From Candidatus Poriferisocius sp. (GTDB lineage Bacteria; Actinomycetota; Acidimicrobiia; Acidimicrobiales; Bin134), in the NCBI RefSeq assembly GCF_965219815.1, contig NZ_OZ244791.1, positions 34,007 through 98,006 on the forward strand: 64,000 nt of DNA, in the 5' to 3' direction. Made by a program: the position numbers and the translations under genes. Positions 7,966 through 16,970 of the stretch are shown one piece after another (position 1 is the stretch's first letter; every line of letters starts with the position of its first letter). The notes under the pieces were generated by a model that ran no database searches, was not told the DNA's origin, and saw only the letters and a program-made list of their open reading frames with translations.

Positions 7966-9171
7966 GTGAGCCAGTTGGGAAAGGCGCTGGCGCGTGCTCG
8001 CACGAGCGCTCGCTACTCACAAGATGATGTGGGTGCCGCCCTAGGCATCAACCGGGCAATGGTGTCGTACTGGGAAGCCGGCACCCGAACTCCGAATGAT
8101 CGACAGTTGGGCGCAATGGCCCGGCTCTACGGCATCGAGCTGATCGATCTCGTCGAAGGCCGCGACGTCGACTCCGACGCCGACGACTTGGCGAGCATGC
8201 TTTTGCGTGCCAATGACGGCGTCGACCCTGGAGCCACTCCAGGCATCCGCGAGTTCGTCCAGTTCCTTGACCGCTACGCCGAGCTAGCTCGAATCGTGGA
8301 CGAACCCATCCGGGGCCTCTCCCAAAGCCCGTTCGTATTCCGGCAGAGGTTCTCTCAGAAGGACGACATTCGCCGCAAGGCAGAAGAGGTGCGCGATTAC
8401 CTCCGTCTCGGCTCGGCCCCGATTTCCGACCTAGACCCGGTTTGCGAGGCACTCGGTATCACCATCTACCGGGCGCGTCTCGGACCGGACCTGCGAACCT
8501 CTCCGTCAGGGGCGTTTCTCAAGCACCCTGAGGTGGGATTCTCGATCTTGGTCAATCTCGACATGACGCCGGGCCGGCGCCGGTTCACCGCCGCTCACGA
8601 ACTGGCGCATGCCCTGTTCCACAGTGACGAGACCAACCAGGTGCTCTCGCACGGCCGGGGTCCGCGCGAGATTTTCGCCGACGCGTTCGCTGGTGAGTTC
8701 CTCATGCCGAGTGAGGGTGTTCGACGCTTCGCCGAGGAGGTCGGTCTGCCACCTCGCATCAAGGACCCGGTCGACATCGTCCACATACAGAGGTACTTCA
8801 AGGTGTCGTGGCCCACGGCGCTCGTCCGGTTGCGCCAGATGAACGCCATTACACAAGTCACCTATACCGACCTCAGGGCCTCGGTTCGTCCGGTGTCGCT
8901 GGCTCGAGCCCTTGGATATGCCATCCATCCCGAAGAAGACATCCAGGATCCGGAGCTTTGGCGGATACGACGGTTCCCCCGGTCGTTTCTGCGGATGCTG
9001 CGTCACGCGGTAGTAACGGAGGTCATGTCGCCCCCCAGCGCCGCCGCCTTCGCCGGATTGGCCCTGCCTGACATTGTGCAGGTCCTCGGCAGTCCCCTCG
9101 GCGACGCTGAGCAAGAGTCACCGCATCTAGAGACTGAGTTCAATGAGTTCGAGGTCACGGGAGTTGTCTGA
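7966..9171 (+). CDS. XRE-family helix-turn-helix domain fused to an ImmA/IrrE-type zinc metallopeptidase domain
   Basis: N-terminus SQDDVGAALGINRAMVSYWEAGTRTPN is a typical HTH_XRE. HEXXH motif HELAHALFH with downstream FAGEFLMP is typical of COG2856/ImmA. Confidence 0.8.
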   Translation: MSQLGKALARARTSARYSQDDVGAALGINRAMVSYWEAGTRTPNDRQLGAMARLYGIELIDLVEGRDVDSDADDLASMLLRANDGVDPGATPGIREFVQFLDRYAELARIVDEPIRGLSQSPFVFRQRFSQKDDIRRKAEEVRDYLRLGSAPISDLDPVCEALGITIYRARLGPDLRTSPSGAFLKHPEVGFSILVNLDMTPGRRRFTAAHELAHALFHSDETNQVLSHGRGPREIFADAFAGEFLMPSEGVRRFAEEVGLPPRIKDPVDIVHIQRYFKVSWPTALVRLRQMNAITQVTYTDLRASVRPVSLARALGYAIHPEEDIQDPELWRIRRFPRSFLRMLRHAVVTEVMSPPSAAAFAGLALPDIVQVLGSPLGDAEQESPHLETEFNEFEVTGVV

Positions 9172-9269
9172 GGGTTCTCACGTCATCGACACCGTGGTAA
9201 TTGGGACTCCGGCCAGCCGTTCACCTGAGTCCCGCGCGACTGGAGCTGAATTGCTCAGGTTGATCCCGA

Positions 9270-10190
9270 CTATTGGGTATTCGCCAGGGGGGCGGTGAAG
9301 GTGGTGGTCTCGGTGCCGTTGACGAACACCGTGTAGGTCTGGCCGGGGGTGAGGGCGTCGCCGAAGCGGATTGCCTCTTCAACCACGACTCTTTCTGCGT
9401 CGCAGTCGATGGCCCATGGGGTGGGCGGCGGGACGGTGAGGGTGATGGTGGCGTAGATGTCTGAGCCGATGATCTCGAACGACTGGCTGCCCCGGCGAAC
9501 GCAGTTCTCGACGGTGGACTGGTAGTGGTCCACCAGAATGATGACCTCGGGGTGATACTCCACTACTTCGGCCCCGATCACCTCGACCTCTTCTTCGACC
9601 CACTGGTGGGAGTTCTCCTCGTTCCACTCGCCGGTGGGGTCGGGCGGAGGCTGAACGATCACCAGCACCATGTCGACTCGGGTGGGGTTGCCCCGGGTGA
9701 TCACGTCGTAGGCGGTGTCGTTGATGAAGGCCAGGCGGCCGTCGGACTCGGTTATCCGGGCTTGGATGGAATAGGTGTTGCGAGGATTGATGTCGTCCTC
9801 GTTGTAGTGCACTTCGAACTCGATGGGAACTTGGCCCGGATTGGTGATGACCTGCTCGGCAATCAGCTCGGAGGCCACATCCATGAGAGACGTGTCTCGA
9901 AGCTGCACGGTGACAACCGCACCGGGAGATAGCGCAATCCGCTCTCGGTAGGTGACCGTGCCCATGACCGAGGCATTGGCATCGGGGTCAACGGTGGACG
10001 TTGCTACCGCGGTCGCTGATGTCGTCGTTTCGGGAGACGGTGGGGTGGTGCTAGTGGCCGTTGCATCCGGTTCAGCCCCCACCACGGCGATTTGCTCCTC
10101 ATCTGCGCCGTCACCGCAGCCGGCGGCAATCAGAAGAGCGAGTGCCAGACCGATGGTGGCGATCAATTGGGTCGTGCGCTTGGCCTTCAT
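9270..10190 (-). CDS. YbaY-like lipoprotein with extra C-terminal domain
   Basis: Signal peptide plus lipobox LLIAAGCG. The segment GTVTYRERIALSPGAVVTVQLRDTSLMDVAS...RLAFINDTAYDV aligns by eye with E. coli YbaY. Confidence 0.65.
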   Translation of the reverse strand: MKAKRTTQLIATIGLALALLIAAGCGDGADEEQIAVVGAEPDATATSTTPPSPETTTSATAVATSTVDPDANASVMGTVTYRERIALSPGAVVTVQLRDTSLMDVASELIAEQVITNPGQVPIEFEVHYNEDDINPRNTYSIQARITESDGRLAFINDTAYDVITRGNPTRVDMVLVIVQPPPDPTGEWNEENSHQWVEEEVEVIGAEVVEYHPEVIILVDHYQSTVENCVRRGSQSFEIIGSDIYATITLTVPPPTPWAIDCDAERVVVEEAIRFGDALTPGQTYTVFVNGTETTTFTAPLANTQ

Positions 10191-10314
10191 CGGCGAACCT
10201 CGCTCATGGAGAAGTCTACGGCTGGGTCGACGCCTCTTGGTTCGACCTCAATAGATGAGACGAGGCAGCCGCCTGCTCAGGTTCCCGCCTTAGCGCGACT
10301 GGGGGTGGAGACGA

Positions 10315-10734
10315 TCATGTTGTGGCCAATTGGACACGGCCGGTCTGTTGCGCCCACGCCCGGAGCTTTGCGTCCTTGGTAAGGAGTTCGTGCTGGTGGA
10401 GGATTGCTGTGGCGACAATGAGCTGGTCGGCGGGGTCTTGGTGGAATCCCTCGTCCACCAGGCTGGTGGCGTCCACCCAGAGTGATCCGGTGACGGGTAT
10501 CTCGCTCAGGCCCTGCCTCAGGACACCGGCACGCAATTCCTTGATGCCTGGGAGGGGTGGCAGATTTCCTCGTGGCTTTCTGCGCTTGACCTCCAGTTCC
10601 CAGAAAGTGGCGGCGGAGACGGCTGCCTCACCTCGGCTGATGGCTCGATCAATGCCATCAAGGATGGTCTGAGGCAGCTTGGCGGTGTCGCCGGTCACGG
10701 CCCACACCAAGACATGAGTGTCCAGCAAGATCAT
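10315..10734 (-). CDS. vapC: PIN-domain toxin (VapC family)
   Basis: MILLDTHVLVW start and the acidic residues typical of PIN. Sits downstream of a small antitoxin gene. Confidence 0.8.
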   Translation of the reverse strand: MILLDTHVLVWAVTGDTAKLPQTILDGIDRAISRGEAAVSAATFWELEVKRRKPRGNLPPLPGIKELRAGVLRQGLSEIPVTGSLWVDATSLVDEGFHQDPADQLIVATAILHQHELLTKDAKLRAWAQQTGRVQLATT

Positions 10735-10761
10735 GCAGTTCCTTCGGTGCAGGTGGGGGCG

Positions 10762-11028
10762 TCAGCCCCAGTCGTCGGCCATGCCGGTCACTGCCTCCGG
10801 GTCTATGACCGTTTCGCTAGGGTCGTCCCAGAAACCGGCGAACTCCGGAAAAAAGCCGCAAATGCCCGTGCCTTCGCCATGTGCCGGAACAAGACGGGAC
10901 ACTGGTGTGCCTCGTTTGGTGATGACAATCGGAATGCCGGTTTCGTTGACCTCATCCATGAGCTTCAGGCACTTGGCCTTGAACTCTCCGGCGGAAATAG
11001 TTCTTGGCTGCTGAGTCTCTATTGCCAC
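10762..11028 (-). CDS. Phd/YefM-family antitoxin
   Basis: 88 aa. ISAGEFKAKCLKLMDEVNETGIPIVITKRGTPVSRLVP is the classic Phd/YefM N-terminal fold signature. Confidence 0.8.
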   Translation of the reverse strand: MAIETQQPRTISAGEFKAKCLKLMDEVNETGIPIVITKRGTPVSRLVPAHGEGTGICGFFPEFAGFWDDPSETVIDPEAVTGMADDWG

Positions 11029-11079
11029 GAACAGACCCTATCACCAGATGACCATGTTTGTGACCATGAATCTGTGGCC

Positions 11080-11850
11080 TTATCCGGTTTCAGGGCGGCG
11101 GGGGAGGAAGGCGCTGGTTCGCTGGATGTACTCGTCGTAGCCGGGGCGCTTTCGCTTCATGCGGTGCTCCACCATGGGCACGCCGGACACTTTGACCAGA
11201 ATCCAGGTGATGAGCGCCGGGGCGATCAGTCCCACGATTCCGATTGGTGTGGAGGCGGCTACCAAACCGATGCCCCACCAGGCGGTGGCGTCGCCGAAGT
11301 AGTTGGGATGACGGCTATAGCGCCACAGACCACGATCCATCAGCTTCCCCGCGTTGGCCGGATCTGCCTTGAACCGGGCGAGCTGCCAGTCGCCTGTGGC
11401 CTCGAAGCCGAAGCCGACCAGGAACACCACCGCGCCGATCACCCACAGTGCACTCCATCCCCGGTCGGCGTCGCTGATGCCGATCATGAGGGGAAGCGAC
11501 ATCACCCACATAGCCGCGGCTTGCAACCCGAACACCCGCACCAGGCTGGTGAGCCAGAAGCGATCTCCGGCTCTTCGGCGCATCGACTGGTAGCGGAAGT
11601 CCTCTTCTGCCCCGATGTTGCGAAACGCCAAATGGATGGCCAATCGCAATCCCCATGTGGTGGCCATGGCCACCAACAGGGCAGCCCGCACGCCGTGTCC
11701 GTCGGTGACCAGCAGGCTCACCCAGGCCGCCACCACAAAGCCGAAGCCCCACAAGATGTCGACGATGCCAGCGTCTCGAATCGCCACGCTGATGGCCCAC
11801 ACCGCCAGCATCATCCCGGCGATCACCGCCGCTACCACCCATAAGACCAT
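11080..11850 (-). CDS. DUF1295 / steroid-5-alpha-reductase-like polytopic membrane protein
   Basis: Multiple hydrophobic helices. WRYSRHPNYFGD motif is characteristic of the family. Confidence 0.7.
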   Translation of the reverse strand: MVLWVVAAVIAGMMLAVWAISVAIRDAGIVDILWGFGFVVAAWVSLLVTDGHGVRAALLVAMATTWGLRLAIHLAFRNIGAEEDFRYQSMRRRAGDRFWLTSLVRVFGLQAAAMWVMSLPLMIGISDADRGWSALWVIGAVVFLVGFGFEATGDWQLARFKADPANAGKLMDRGLWRYSRHPNYFGDATAWWGIGLVAASTPIGIVGLIAPALITWILVKVSGVPMVEHRMKRKRPGYDEYIQRTSAFLPRRPETG

Positions 11851-11952
11851 CTGCGATCAGCGTAGCGAGCGGTTGGCAGTGCTGGTATTTGGCCGATCAG
11901 CAAACACAGACAGGGTGATTGGAAGTTCGCCCGCCGCGTGTTCCTCGGCAGC

Positions 11953-13242
11953 TCAGCTCAGGAGCTCGATGCAGTGTTGGGCTCGGGTGGCGACTAGATC
12001 AACGAGGCGTCTGGGGAGGTCGGTGGGAAGTACTTGGATGGTGTTGTCGTGGGCAGCTTGGTCGAAGGCGGCGGGGAGGTTGCGGGCGAGATTGAGGATG
12101 CGGGTGATGGCCTCATTTCGATCCAACCCCAATTCATCGGCGGTTTTGTCCCACGCGCCGGGGCGATCGGTCCGTCGCAGCCGGTAGTCGCCCCCAATCT
12201 TCATGGCGAGGCTGATCTTGTGCCCCTTGCTCTTGTCGTAGGGCAGAAATGAGGCCACATCGTAGAGGGGCGCCAGGCGGGCCTGGGTGCCGGCGAGCAA
12301 CAGGCTGTAGTTCTTGGCGTGGGCATCGCTACCAGCGATCAGCCAGTTGAAGGCCAGCGCATCGAAGAACCCCCACAGATCGTTGGCTGCTCCACCTCCC
12401 GTCACCGCTGATCGCAGCAATGCGGCTACCTGTCCAGGTGAGGGACCACCGTCGGCCTGGTACTTCCGGGTGGGATGCAGCGACAGGGCTTGGCACAGGT
12501 CCTCGTGGTGAACACGGGTCAGGGTGCCCTGGCGTGAAACCCGGTCGAAGCGCTCCACAATGATGGCCGTCTGATCTTCAAACACGCCCATCTGCGGGCG
12601 GGCGGCACGCAGACCAGAGTTGGCCGCGGCCACCAGGCAGAGGTGCTCGTTGACGTCCAACCAGTCAAAGTCGGGAACGGTGGGCTTGAGGATATGCGTG
12701 GTCGGCACGTTGCCAGAGGGCTCACCCCACCCTTGTGCCGAGAAATGCAAAGCGGTCTTGGCCTGGGCGCCACCGAGGCTGAATTGACCGGTCCTTGCCG
12801 GCCCCAGCCAGGCGGTCGCATCGGCCTTCAGCGCTCGCAGACGAGCTGCGATATCTGCCTCGCTCATCTCGGATACATCGCCGCCTCGTCCTAGGAGATC
12901 GTCCACCGCCTCCGCTGGGCAGAACTGAACCGCGCCCGGACAGTCATATCCAACCTTGGTTCCCAACAGCGGAAACGGGTTGGCGATGGATACGCCGAAA
13001 TCGCGGCCCCAGCGGGCAAGCACATCGGCATTGTCGGGGAGCAGGCCCCAAAGCCATGGACTAACCCGGTGATCACTGTGCTCTTCGAGTTCTACGGGCA
13101 TTGACACCGACAATGGAGTCGCTGTCGGATTTGTGCGGTAGTCCTTGTGGTAGCGCAGACGCAGGCGGTTGTCGGTGAGGCGGCGAAGCTCACCCGCCAA
13201 TCGCCCGTTGATGATGACGGCGAGCATCGTCAATCGGCCCAA
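11953..13242 (-). CDS. hipA: HipA-family serine/threonine kinase toxin
   Basis: N-terminal HipA coupling region (GRLAGELRR...). Catalytic-loop-like GSDAHAKNYSLLL. Overlaps the upstream hipB-like gene. Confidence 0.85.
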   Translation of the reverse strand: MGRLTMLAVIINGRLAGELRRLTDNRLRLRYHKDYRTNPTATPLSVSMPVELEEHSDHRVSPWLWGLLPDNADVLARWGRDFGVSIANPFPLLGTKVGYDCPGAVQFCPAEAVDDLLGRGGDVSEMSEADIAARLRALKADATAWLGPARTGQFSLGGAQAKTALHFSAQGWGEPSGNVPTTHILKPTVPDFDWLDVNEHLCLVAAANSGLRAARPQMGVFEDQTAIIVERFDRVSRQGTLTRVHHEDLCQALSLHPTRKYQADGGPSPGQVAALLRSAVTGGGAANDLWGFFDALAFNWLIAGSDAHAKNYSLLLAGTQARLAPLYDVASFLPYDKSKGHKISLAMKIGGDYRLRRTDRPGAWDKTADELGLDRNEAITRILNLARNLPAAFDQAAHDNTIQVLPTDLPRRLVDLVATRAQHCIELLS

Positions 13243-13532
13243 GTGTCGATGTAGGCGTTTAGATCAAAGTTGTCCGGGTCGGAATCGACGGCTGCTCTCA
13301 GCGTGATGTTCAAATCCAGGGCGTCGAGAATCCACAGCACCCGCCCGACCTCGGCGGTTTGCTTACCGGTTTCCAGTTCGGAAAGCCACTGGCGCCCCAC
13401 TCGCGCCTTGGCGGCCAGTGCGGCCTGGGTTAGCCCTTGGTCCTTGCGGGATTGGCGAATAGCAGCACCGAGTTCCCGACAAGTTCGGATGGATCGCACC
13501 GGAAGCCTCCTTGGCCTAGCTTCTGTCGCCAT
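13230..13532 (-). CDS. hipB: HipB-like XRE HTH antitoxin
   Basis: 100 aa. LGAAIRQSRKDQGLTQAALAAKARVGRQWLSELETGK is an XRE HTH. Sits immediately upstream of hipA. Confidence 0.8.
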   Translation of the reverse strand: MATEARPRRLPVRSIRTCRELGAAIRQSRKDQGLTQAALAAKARVGRQWLSELETGKQTAEVGRVLWILDALDLNITLRAAVDSDPDNFDLNAYIDTWAD

Positions 13533-13533
13533 A

Positions 13534-13597
13534 CGACGACACTGCCAACATGTCGTTGTTCGACGACAATATCATGATGTCGTCGTTCGCAGACAAT
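13534..13597. promoter_or_regulatory. repeat/dyad cluster, candidate HipB operator in a divergent promoter region
   Basis: Imperfect 22-nt direct repeat: CATGTCGTTGTTCGACGACAAT at 13549-13570 and GATGTCGTCGTTCGCAGACAAT at 13576-13597. Each contains a TGTCGTYG..CRNNGACA dyad. CGACGACA at 13534-13541 is the inverted partner. Confidence 0.45.
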
Positions 13598-13650
13598 CTC
13601 TTTCCCGGGGTGCCGCTGTAGGGCTAGCAGCGACGCAGAACAGCGTACCG

Positions 13651-14409
13651 TTGTGGGTTGTGGGCTCCACCGACCACCATGTGCTGTTGACTTTCACCAA
13701 CCCGGTGATCGGTCAGGAGGCCCGGTATCACCAGTGGCACGACGTTCATCTCCGCGAGGTGGTGTCATGCGATGGGGTGGTCAGCGGGCAGCGCTACCGG
13801 ATGAGCCCCGACGCCGACACGCTGACACCCGGGTGGATGCGCACCCACGCCGACCGCAGCGATCTGCCGATGCCATTCGAGTTCTTGGCCGTGTATGAGA
13901 TTGAGGGCGACCTGGCCGCGGCCATCGAGGCGATTTCCACCAAAGACGACTATTCCATTCGGCCCGGTGACAGCCTCGACCACGACACGGTGGCCAGTTG
14001 GGCATTCACCCAGGCCGGAGCCCAGATCGGATCGGCCAGCCCCAGTGAGGTTGACCATCTCGGGATATCGCTGGCCAATCCCACCAAGGGCAACCTCGAG
14101 TGGTTTGAGCACTGGTACACCATCCACTACCGGGAAGTAATGGCGACCCCTGGCTTCCTCACCGGGCGGCGCTACTGGGCCGCCTCCAACACCCTCACCC
14201 CCCAATGGGCCATCGACCACGGTGAGACCGGAACCAACGGGATGCCGTTTCAGCACCTCGTTGTGTACGAAGTGGGCACACCGTACGCCGAGGCAAAACC
14301 AGCGCTAGAGGAGCAGCGGAAGAGCTTCACCGTCTTCCCCGACGGCGCCATGGACTACAACGAGATCATCGCCTGGCGTTACACCCCGTTCGGCGATCGA
14401 GCCGAGTGA
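13651..14409 (+). CDS. hypothetical protein made of two homologous ~120-aa halves
   Basis: TTG 13651 or GTG 13660 start within the long ORF. HVLLTFTNPVIGQEARYHQWHDVHLREVV...GQRYRMS is repeated as HLGISLANPTKGNLEWFEHWYTIHYREVM...GRRYWAA. Confidence 0.6.
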   Translation: MWVVGSTDHHVLLTFTNPVIGQEARYHQWHDVHLREVVSCDGVVSGQRYRMSPDADTLTPGWMRTHADRSDLPMPFEFLAVYEIEGDLAAAIEAISTKDDYSIRPGDSLDHDTVASWAFTQAGAQIGSASPSEVDHLGISLANPTKGNLEWFEHWYTIHYREVMATPGFLTGRRYWAASNTLTPQWAIDHGETGTNGMPFQHLVVYEVGTPYAEAKPALEEQRKSFTVFPDGAMDYNEIIAWRYTPFGDRAE

Positions 14410-14439
14410 CCTAGGACACCGATCTAACCTAAGAGCGCC

Positions 14440-14865
14440 ATGTCAGAAGAGATCAGAACCCTGTTGGCCCGCTATTCCGATGCAGTGTGCCGTTTCGACG
14501 CCGATCAGTGGGCGGCCACCTGGGCCACCGACGCAGTTTGGGAGATGGGCCCGATGACCAAGAGCGGTCGGGATGAGATCGCAACTTCTTGGAAGGGGAT
14601 GCTGGCTCGCCTTGACGGGGTGATCCACGCCTATCTCAACGGCTGGGTCGATCTGGATGAGGAGGCCGGCACCGGCACGGGGCGCTGGTACGTGATCGAG
14701 CACTTCAAGCGCCTCGGCGAAGGCCCCATGACCATGTACGGCTACTACGACGACGAATACTGCCAGGAAGAAGGCGAGTGGAAGTTCGCCCGCCGCGCCC
14801 TCCACCGCATCTACTACGGCCCGCCCGACATGTCCGGCGACTTCACGGGCTTCGGTCTCCAATAG
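14440..14865 (+). CDS. NTF2/SnoaL-like fold protein
   Basis: 141 aa. YSDAVCRFDADQWAATWATDAVWE and a C-terminal GEWKFARR pattern are typical of SnoaL-like/NTF2 proteins. Confidence 0.6.
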   Translation: MSEEIRTLLARYSDAVCRFDADQWAATWATDAVWEMGPMTKSGRDEIATSWKGMLARLDGVIHAYLNGWVDLDEEAGTGTGRWYVIEHFKRLGEGPMTMYGYYDDEYCQEEGEWKFARRALHRIYYGPPDMSGDFTGFGLQ

Positions 14866-14898
14866 TAAGAGTGTCGCAACCAATCTTGAAGGGGCTCA

Positions 14899-15924
14899 AT
14901 GTCTGACAAGCTCGCCAACATCTTGAAGAAGTCAGGAAGCACGGAAGCCGTCGACCCGACTATTCGCGAATACGAGCGCCGATTCAGGCAACTCAAGAAC
15001 AGCGATTCAGGCAGCGGGGAAGACGACCACGAAGAGTTCAACAATCTCTATTACGACGTGGCCACGGACTTCTACGAGTACGGATGGGGCAGGTCTTTTC
15101 ACTTTGCCCCCCGTGTCGCCGGGGAGAGCTTGGAGGCTTCCATCAAACGCCACGAGCACTTCTTGGCCCACAAGCTCGAGTTGCGACCTGGGATGGTTGT
15201 GGCCGACCTCGGTTGCGGCATCGGCGGCCCGCTATTGGAGATTGCCCGCTTTTCCGGGGCCAAGGTCGTCGGCGTGAACAGCAACGCCTACCAATTGGAA
15301 CGCGCCCGGAAGCTGGCGGAAGAGGCGAAGCTCACCCATCTGGCCGATTTCCTGCACTGCGACTTCTTGAACGTAGATGCCCCTGACGAGTCGTTCGACG
15401 CGGTGTACGGCATTGAGGCCACCTGCTGTGCCCCCGACAAAGAGAGCATCTATGGCGAGGCCTTCCGCTTGCTGAAGCCCGGCCAGTGCTTCGCCGCTCA
15501 CGAATGGTGTCTCACTGATCGCTTCGACGCTGAGAATCCCCTTCACCTCAAGATCAAGAACAACCTCCTGTTGGGAACCGGGCTGACTGACCTCGATGAC
15601 CAGCCAACCGTTGACCATGCGCTCAAGTCGGTGGGTTTCGAGATACTGGAAACAAGGGACCTCGCGATTCCAACCGGCCCGTCAATCCCCTGGTATCAAC
15701 CCCTGGTAAGCCCGGGATTCTCTCTGACGGGAATGCGGGCGTCGGCCATAGGACGCTGGATGACCACCCAGTCGCTACGGGTGCTCGAAGCGCTTCGCGT
15801 CGTGCCGCAAGGAGCAGTTCGCGTGTCGGAAACCCTGAACATCGGCGCGGAGGGCCTGGCCGAAGCAGGCAAGCTCGGCATCTTCACCCCGGCGTATTTC
15901 TTCCTCGCCCGCAAGCCGGATTAG
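14899..15924 (+). CDS. sterol C-24 methyltransferase (Erg6/SMT)-like SAM-dependent methyltransferase
   Basis: Collinear with yeast Erg6 by eye. Matches include YYDVATDFYEYGWGRSFHFA (SMT region I), ADLGCGIGGP (SAM motif I), YGIEATCCAP, and C-terminal LGIFTPAYFFLARKP (Erg6 LFTPMMLFVARKP). Confidence 0.8.
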   Translation: MSDKLANILKKSGSTEAVDPTIREYERRFRQLKNSDSGSGEDDHEEFNNLYYDVATDFYEYGWGRSFHFAPRVAGESLEASIKRHEHFLAHKLELRPGMVVADLGCGIGGPLLEIARFSGAKVVGVNSNAYQLERARKLAEEAKLTHLADFLHCDFLNVDAPDESFDAVYGIEATCCAPDKESIYGEAFRLLKPGQCFAAHEWCLTDRFDAENPLHLKIKNNLLLGTGLTDLDDQPTVDHALKSVGFEILETRDLAIPTGPSIPWYQPLVSPGFSLTGMRASAIGRWMTTQSLRVLEALRVVPQGAVRVSETLNIGAEGLAEAGKLGIFTPAYFFLARKPD

Positions 15925-15944
15925 CTCGATCAAGGAGGGTTTCA

Positions 15945-16970
15945 ATGTCTGTCAAGCTCACCAACGTCCTGAAGGACCAGGAAGCGTCCGCTGGCGTCGA
16001 TCCGGCCATCCGCGACTACGAGGACTTGTTCAATACGGCCAAGCAAAACGGATCGGAAGTCAGACAGCAGGGCTACGAGGAGTTCAACAACCTCTACTAC
16101 GACCTCGTGACCGACTTTTACGAGTACGGCTGGGGCACTTCCTTTCACTTCGCCCCTGGAGTTCCCGGCGAGAGAATGGAGACGTCGCAGCAACGCCACC
16201 AGCACCTCCTCGCGCACAGGATCGGCCTCGGACCCGGGATGACCGTCGCCGACCTCGGCTGCGGCATTGCCGGACCGCTGTTGGAGATCGCCCGCTTCTC
16301 TGGCGCCAAGATCGTCGGCGTCAACAGCAACTAATACCAGCTCAAGAAAGCTCGAAGGCGAACGGAGGAAGCGGGACTATCAGGCCAGGTGGAGTTCCTC
16401 CACTGCGACTTTTTGAACGTCGACGCTCCCGACGGGTCATTCGACGCCGTCTACGCCATTGAGGCCACCTGCTGTGCGCCGGACAAAGTCAGCGTTTACG
16501 GCGAGGCCTTTCGTCTACTGAAGCCCGGCGGGCACTTCGGTGCCTACGAATTCTGTCTGACTGACCGGTTCAACTCCCAAGATCCCCACCACCTCAAGCT
16601 CAAGACCGACATCGAACTGGGTGGCGGTTTGCTCGACATCGACTTCAAGCCAACCGTGGACAAAGCGCTGCAAACGGTGGGGTTCGAAATCGTGGAGACC
16701 CGGGACCTAGCGATTCAAACCCGCCCGTCGATTTCGTGGTATCAGCCCTTGGTGAGTCCGGGTCTGTCCCTGGCCGCTCTTCGCAAGGCAAGAGTCGGAC
16801 GCTGGATGACCCATCACCTGTTGAGAGCACTTGAAGCGCTTCGCTTGGCGCCACAAGGATCGGTTCGGGTCCACACGACCCTAAACCTCTGCGCAGATGC
16901 CATGGCCGAGGCGGGCCAGCTCGGCATCTTCACCCCCATGTACTTCATTCACGGCCGAAAGCCCGACTAG
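15945..16970 (+). pseudogene. second, tandem SMT-like methyltransferase with an in-frame TAA at codon 130 (16332-16334)
   Basis: 341 codons, collinear without indels with the upstream copy. GVNSN-TAA-YQLKKARR aligns with GVNSNAYQLERARK. All SMT motifs are present on both sides of the stop. Confidence 0.8.

Larger units (their letters stand above)
1656..9269. other. accessory island A: lower-G+C block carrying the dcm/GHKL-kinase/receiver operon and the XRE-ImmA regulator
   Basis: Base composition is visibly less GC-rich than flanks (not computed). Content is defence or mobile-element type. The block is bounded by housekeeping-type genes. No att repeats or tRNA were identified. Confidence 0.5.

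Noticed and set aside
9179-9298. Short open frame after the XRE-ImmA stop reading HVIDTVVIGTPASR..., reminiscent of the N-terminus of PIN/DUF4411 toxins that often follow XRE-ImmA genes
   Set aside because: It has only about 40 codons and no proper start codon (one internal GTG). It overlaps the 3' end of the lipoprotein gene on the other strand. The similarity is limited to an I-D-T tripeptide. At best it is an unverifiable remnant.
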